Shown here piece after piece: positions 15,397 to 20,000 of a stretch of 20,000 nt of DNA; the first letter of the stretch is position 1; each line of letters opens with the position of its first letter. The position numbers and the translations under genes are program-made. The DNA is from an uncultured virus (IMG/VR IMGVR_UViG_3300035034_004488) (taxonomy: Duplodnaviria > Heunggongvirae > Uroviricota > Caudoviricetes), in IMG/VR virus record IMGVR_UViG_3300035034_004488, one strand, 5' to 3'. The notes under the pieces are model-generated. The model was not told the DNA's origin. It made no database searches and worked only from the letters and a program-made list of their open reading frames with translations.

Positions 15397-16401
15397 ATGA
15401 GCCTGCGACTGGCCGCCTACCTTCATCAAGCACAGCTTCACCTCTACCGTCAGGCGACCACGCGCGATTTCCGCGCAGCGGTCGCGATGGCGCGTATCTT
15501 CCACGACACCAACCCGAAGTCTCGCTTCGCGTCTCGCCGGGTGAAGAAGGCGTACTCGGACCGAGACCTTACGGTGGCGATCAACCAGATGATCGCGCGT
15601 GAGGGAGTCAACAAGAGGCTCACGGAGGAGGGTCACGATCCGATCCCCAGCGACATCAACTGGGGCCGGGTCATTCTGCTCCACGCGAAGAAGTACGCAC
15701 GCGTCGCCAAGGTCGACATCAACGACTTCGTGGGTGAGCTGTTTGCAGACATGCTCGCGGGACAGCGTGGACGTTCGGTCCGTGAGACGGGCTCCTGGCG
15801 CAACAACATCATCGGTGAGATTGAGGAGTGGGGCCGCCAGGACTACAACAAGGCCCGGATGGTCAAGACGTTGGCTCAGTTCACCAAGAACAAGGCCTAC
15901 AACATGATGCGCACCGAGCAGGTGCGGCTGAACCCGGACACGGGCTTCGACTCGGGAGATGCTCCTGAGGGCGGCGCGGCTGGCGGTGGTCGGCTCTTCG
16001 AGTCCCTGTTCACCCTGGACGGGATCACGAAGTCGATGATGGGCAACTGGATGTCGCTGTCTCGACGTAACCCGGTCCTCACCGACCTCGTGAACAAGGT
16101 CGAGGAGAAGCTCTCCAAGCGCGACGACGAGTACGCGTTCATTTTCAACGCCTACATGCAGGACCCGTCGGCGCCGCTCTCCGAGCTGCTCGACACGGTG
16201 ATCATGGCCAAAGACCCGGAGACGGGAGCGCGCGGCCGCATGCCCCTGTGGCATGCTCTCGGATTCCCCGAGAACGACTCTTCAGGTGCCCGCAACTCCA
16301 ACAAGGCCAACTTGAGCTACCGCGTCAAGAAGATGCGCGCCATCCTCAACAACATGTTCCCCGAGGTCGAGTCCTTCCTTCGCGACCTCAGCATCCGCTG
16401 A
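15397..16401 (+). CDS. Hypothetical protein (334 aa), possibly a divergent sigma-like factor
   Basis: ATG behind GGAG; strong GC3 codon bias; followed by a terminator. Function is inference only. Confidence 0.85.
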   Translation: MSLRLAAYLHQAQLHLYRQATTRDFRAAVAMARIFHDTNPKSRFASRRVKKAYSDRDLTVAINQMIAREGVNKRLTEEGHDPIPSDINWGRVILLHAKKYARVAKVDINDFVGELFADMLAGQRGRSVRETGSWRNNIIGEIEEWGRQDYNKARMVKTLAQFTKNKAYNMMRTEQVRLNPDTGFDSGDAPEGGAAGGGRLFESLFTLDGITKSMMGNWMSLSRRNPVLTDLVNKVEEKLSKRDDEYAFIFNAYMQDPSAPLSELLDTVIMAKDPETGARGRMPLWHALGFPENDSSGARNSNKANLSYRVKKMRAILNNMFPEVESFLRDLSIR

Positions 16402-16427
16402 TCACACGCGACATACCCTCCAGGACG

Positions 16428-16461
16428 ACCCCCGGACTTTGCCGTCCGGGGGTTTTCTTTT
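16428..16461 (+). terminator. Rho-independent terminator fused to the next promoter
   Basis: Stem ACCCCCGGAC / GTCCGGGGGT, then TTTCTTTT running into TTTACG. Confidence 0.88.
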
Positions 16462-16487
16462 ACGGCTCAAGTCTCCTGTGGTATACA
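16459..16487 (+). promoter_or_regulatory. Repeated promoter, TTTACG-N17-TATACA
   Basis: TTTACG GCTCAAGTCTCCTGTGG TATACA upstream of the AAA ATPase. Confidence 0.8.
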
Positions 16488-16517
16488 AGACCCGTACATC
16501 CAAGAGCAGGAGTAAAG

Positions 16518-17738
16518 ATGCTGACAGTGACGACGCCCGGAGACTTCCTCATCGAATTCAATAATGGGCTCGCCGTGGACGCGGAGACGGGGGACAAGGC
16601 GCATAGCCTTCTGAGCTTTCTCAAGGAGCGGGGACTTACGGTCGAAGAGTACCTTAACGAGAATGGGAGAGACGCCAGCCTCTTCAGCCCGAAGGTCTGG
16701 AAGGCCTTCTACGAGCTGGAGCGGCTTGACGATGTGACTCTCGTGGACGAGGAGCACCTCTACGGCATGCGCCTGAACCTCCAGGCGAAAGATGTGAGCG
16801 TGCTCAAGATGCCGGCGAGGGCGACCCCTGGTTACAAGTTTCCGGAGGAGGGAGAGGCAGGCAAGGCGGCCAAGCGCGCGGTGAGGCATCTGATCTGCGG
16901 CCGTAAGCTCTTCATCCACGGAGAGGCAGGTACGGGCAAGTCGTCACTGGTGCGAGAGTGGGCGTACCGGACGCAGCGTGAGTTCCTACACGTGGAGATG
17001 CGAGAGGACCTCGACCCCGCGAGCTTCCTCGGACAGCGAGAGGTGGTCATTGACCCGGAGACCAAGCAGAACGTTACCAAGTTCGTGCCGGGCAAGCTCC
17101 TGGAGGCCCTCAAGGGGAACGTGGGGAGTGATGGCGAGCGGCGAGGGGTCCTCATCCTTGTGGACGACATTGACCGGGCCCCGGCCTCCTACCACGAGGT
17201 CTTTCGCCACATGCTCGACGACAACGCGCGCAAGATCTATGTCCAGGAGCTGGGCCACGACATCGACATTCACCCGGACACGACGTTCGCGGTGACCGCC
17301 AACTCCCGTGGGCGCGGTGACGACGGCGGCGGTTACGCGTCCGTCATGCAAATGGACGCGAGCATTCTGGACCGTCTCAACGCCTTCGTGGAGATGCCCA
17401 GCATGGACACCACCGAGGAGTGCGACATCCTCATGAAGAAGTTCCCCCAGCTCCTTGAGATGAGCCCCAAGACGCAACACAACCCGTTCTACAAGGTGAT
17501 GAAGGTCGCAGAAGACCTACGTAAGATGGCCCGCACGGAGCACTTCCCCATCAACTTCTCACACCGACGCTGTGAGGACTGGCTGCGTAGCATCGAAGAC
17601 ATGACCGTACTCAACGGCTCCTACGACGTCGCATTCCTCGCGGAGACGGCCTCGGATTGGCTCGACCGCTTCACCGCCTTCGAGCAGGATCGCTTGCTTA
17701 AGCGCGCCGCGAGCATCCACGTCAACCTCGCCCTCTGA
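16518..17738 (+). CDS. CobS/MoxR/CbbQ-like AAA+ ATPase (406 aa)
   Basis: Walker A GEAGTGKS, Walker B ILVDDID, sensor TANS, Arg finger ASILDRL; start re-called to ATG 16518 behind AGGAG. Confidence 0.9.
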   Translation: MLTVTTPGDFLIEFNNGLAVDAETGDKAHSLLSFLKERGLTVEEYLNENGRDASLFSPKVWKAFYELERLDDVTLVDEEHLYGMRLNLQAKDVSVLKMPARATPGYKFPEEGEAGKAAKRAVRHLICGRKLFIHGEAGTGKSSLVREWAYRTQREFLHVEMREDLDPASFLGQREVVIDPETKQNVTKFVPGKLLEALKGNVGSDGERRGVLILVDDIDRAPASYHEVFRHMLDDNARKIYVQELGHDIDIHPDTTFAVTANSRGRGDDGGGYASVMQMDASILDRLNAFVEMPSMDTTEECDILMKKFPQLLEMSPKTQHNPFYKVMKVAEDLRKMARTEHFPINFSHRRCEDWLRSIEDMTVLNGSYDVAFLAETASDWLDRFTAFEQDRLLKRAASIHVNLAL

Positions 17739-17761
17739 GACGGCTCGAAGGCCGCCCGGAG

Positions 17762-17800
17762 AACCCACCTTCAATTAACCTCGAAGGTGGGTTTCTTTTT
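17762..17800 (+). terminator. Rho-independent terminator fused to the next promoter
   Basis: Stem AACCCACCTTC / GAAGGTGGGTT, then TCTTTTT running into TTTACG. Confidence 0.85.
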
Positions 17801-17826
17801 ACGCCTTTCGCTCCTTGTGGTATAGG
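17798..17826 (+). promoter_or_regulatory. Repeated promoter, TTTACG-N17-TATAGG
   Basis: TTTACG CCTTTCGCTCCTTGTGG TATAGG upstream of the vWA gene. Confidence 0.8.
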
Positions 17827-17852
17827 GGGGATGTATATTCAAGGAGGACAGG

Positions 17853-20000
17853 ATGAGCAGACAGTACGACGGCCGCGACATCGCGATGGGACACGCGCCC
17901 TTGATGCGGATGTTGCTGGATGAGGCTGACCACGACACGGTGATTGAGAGCCGTGGTGACCAGTTCTACAATGCGAGCGACTTCCCTTTGCTCACGTTGG
18001 TGATGCGCATGCTGGCGTTGAGGACCTCCTGGACGTGCCCGGACATGGCGGAGCTGAAGCAGGGCTGGAACCGCCATCGCAGTGAGGTCAGCTTGGACAA
18101 GAAGATCGTAATTGGCGTAACGCCGATGGAGGTGTCCTCGGAGTACCTCGCCATCCTGGACGGAGGGCTCATTCATGAGGTCTTGCATAGCCTCTACACG
18201 GTGAGAGGGCACTGGTTGGACCTGAAGCGGCTACACAAGCTCCTGGAGGCGAACTGGGACGCCTCCGTGCAATACAGAAGCAAAATGCCGCTCTTCAAGA
18301 GCCTGTGGAACATCTACGAAGACGCCATGATAGAGCGTCACGGGCTCAAGCGCTGGCCGGCGACCCGTGAGAAGCTGGAGCGGACGCATATGAGCGTCTG
18401 GGAGCTTGAGGAGCCGGGCCGTCTCCAGGGGGGCTTCTCGCTGACCGACCACGTGTGCTGCTACCTGCGAGATGTCATACAGGAGTGGTCAGACCGAGCC
18501 CCCCTGGAGACCTACGACCCGAAAGCGCGCCACATCGTCGACGATCTGCTGTCCAAGGAGGTTCGGGATTCCGACGCAGCCATGGATTCGTACGACACGC
18601 TGGCGCTGACCTTGCGCACTTTGAGCATCCTCACGAACCTCCCGACAACCAAACCCGAGCCTGAGCCCGAGCCCAAGCCTGACCAGTCCTCACGCAAGAA
18701 GAAGAAGAATGAGGAGAGTGAGGAACCGTCAGACCCTGGCTTTGAGCTGCCGGGCGACGGCGGCGAGGGCGAGGAGTCGGGCGAGGAGTCGGACGAGGAG
18801 TCGGACGAGGGCGGCGAGGGCGAGGCCGGCGAGGGTGGGGAATCTGGAGAGGAAGGCGGCGAAGGCAATAGCTCCAAAATGGACGCAGGAGGCGAGGAAG
18901 AGTCTCAAGAGGGTGAGGAGTCGGGTGAGAACGCGGGCGAGAGTTCTGGGGCATCTGAGAGCCCTTCAGCGGACGATTCACGCCGGGACCCCGAAGAGGA
19001 GTCTCTGTTGAGCCAAAAGGACGTCGACGAGATGGCAAGCGCTACGAAGACTCGGGCGCTTGAGACCTCGGACGCGCTGGAGACCCACACGGTCAACGGA
19101 AGCGACCTCCGCAACGCACGCTGTCCTCGACCTCTGGAGCCTGGAAGGGATCTGCGCTTCGTAATCAAGCCCGACTCCCGGTACCGCAAGCTCCTGGATA
19201 AGAAGAAAGCCCAGCTTGAACCCTTCGTCACGACTCTCCGCAGCCAGCTCGCGCTTTTCCTCCGAGGAGAAGCCAAGGTCCGACGCCTGCGACATCTCCA
19301 GAAGGGTCGCAGGCTCTCCAACCGGAGCCTGAGCACTCTGGTCACGAGCCGGAATCCGAAACCCTTCGAGGATCGCGTCAACACCCAGGCCCGCACCACG
19401 GCCGTACAGGTCGTGCTTGACCTCTCCGGGTCCATGAAAAGCGACACGCCCACAAACCTCCTAATGATCTTCGGGATGCTCCTTGGCGATCTGGGGGTGC
19501 CCTGGAGCGCCATCGGCTTTCAGGGTACGCCCTACGAGTACCGAAACCCCGGAGGCTACCACGCGCCTGACCGCACAAGGTTCTCTAGCCACGTCACGCG
19601 CACCGAACCCGTCCAGTTCCCGTTGTTTCATGACTTCGAGGACTCCAACGGGCCCGACGACCTCACCCGCCTCCTCCAACACAGAGCAAGTGGCGGCACG
19701 CCCTTCATGGATGGTTTCTGGGAGGGGGTCCAGCGCATAAAAGCTCGGCCAGAGAAGAGGCGCCTTCTGGTGCTCATTACGGACGGGGACACCTCTCCAG
19801 GCTCCTTGACCAAGTTAGCGGCTCACAAGGTCCTCCGAGCCATGCACGAGGACATTCGTAAGGAAGGCGTCGAGGTCCTCGTGGTGGGCTACCAGCACAA
19901 CGTCAGATACCTCCCTCAGGAAGACGTGATTTCGGTGCGCGACCCCCACTCCTTCGCGGAGGCTTTCCAGAGCTGGCTCCTGGAGCGACTCAAGAAGTGA
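17853..20000 (+). CDS. CobT-like vWA domain protein with N-terminal HEXXH domain and acidic linker (715 aa)
   Basis: LIHEVLH...NIYED..IE, long E/G/S-rich linker, MIDAS motifs VVLDLSGSM, GGTP, LITDG; RBS AAGGAGG; stop TGA at 19998-20000. Confidence 0.88.
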   Translation: MSRQYDGRDIAMGHAPLMRMLLDEADHDTVIESRGDQFYNASDFPLLTLVMRMLALRTSWTCPDMAELKQGWNRHRSEVSLDKKIVIGVTPMEVSSEYLAILDGGLIHEVLHSLYTVRGHWLDLKRLHKLLEANWDASVQYRSKMPLFKSLWNIYEDAMIERHGLKRWPATREKLERTHMSVWELEEPGRLQGGFSLTDHVCCYLRDVIQEWSDRAPLETYDPKARHIVDDLLSKEVRDSDAAMDSYDTLALTLRTLSILTNLPTTKPEPEPEPKPDQSSRKKKKNEESEEPSDPGFELPGDGGEGEESGEESDEESDEGGEGEAGEGGESGEEGGEGNSSKMDAGGEEESQEGEESGENAGESSGASESPSADDSRRDPEEESLLSQKDVDEMASATKTRALETSDALETHTVNGSDLRNARCPRPLEPGRDLRFVIKPDSRYRKLLDKKKAQLEPFVTTLRSQLALFLRGEAKVRRLRHLQKGRRLSNRSLSTLVTSRNPKPFEDRVNTQARTTAVQVVLDLSGSMKSDTPTNLLMIFGMLLGDLGVPWSAIGFQGTPYEYRNPGGYHAPDRTRFSSHVTRTEPVQFPLFHDFEDSNGPDDLTRLLQHRASGGTPFMDGFWEGVQRIKARPEKRRLLVLITDGDTSPGSLTKLAAHKVLRAMHEDIRKEGVEVLVVGYQHNVRYLPQEDVISVRDPHSFAEAFQSWLLERLKK

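Noticed and set aside
15088..16254. 388-aa minus-strand ORF
   Set aside because: Shadow of the plus-strand SLT and 334-aa genes.
18650..18960. Short tandem repeats (GAGGAGTCGGAC, CCCGAG)
   Set aside because: Explained by the low-complexity PE and E/G/S linker of the vWA protein.
16518..20000. Functional cobaltochelatase (cobS/cobT) call
   Set aside because: No CobN or other cobalamin genes in the window; motifs support only the generic AAA+/vWA family, so no gene symbols were given.
1..20000. tRNA genes, integron attC sites, transposases, cas genes
   Set aside because: None recognised by eye; the repeated intergenic motif has promoter spacing rather than attC palindromic structure. tRNAscan-SE and HMM searches would be needed to exclude them formally.

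Overview
GC-rich, gene-dense segment that most likely comes from a large (jumbo-type) bacteriophage or phage-like element. This is an inference, since the window contains no virion, integrase or replication genes. Most genes are short hypotheticals. Recognisable products are a DUF2958 protein, a DUF6794-like protein, a calcineurin-like metallophosphoesterase, two HEXXH zinc-peptidase-like proteins, a Ro60/TROVE RNA-binding protein, a lipoprotein, an ECF-type sigma factor, a SWIM zinc-finger protein, an SLT lytic transglycosylase, and a CobS/MoxR-like AAA+ ATPase followed by a CobT-like vWA protein. Non-coding highlights: (1) a cas-less type I-E-like CRISPR mini-array with 6 repeats plus 1 degenerate repeat (13707-14107); (2) a sigma70-like promoter module (TTTACG-N17-TA, with a conserved TGTGG just before the -10 box) found up to 12 times at gene junctions, often fused to a stop codon or terminator, with a subclass sharing a 5'UTR hairpin; (3) a deletion scar joining half of that module to an orphan paralogous gene tail; (4) a structured leader upstream of the Ro60 gene; (5) an N-terminal MLIN-type peptide shared by five otherwise dissimilar ORFs, one interrupted by an in-frame TAA. 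All family calls come from motif recognition by eye; no searches were run.
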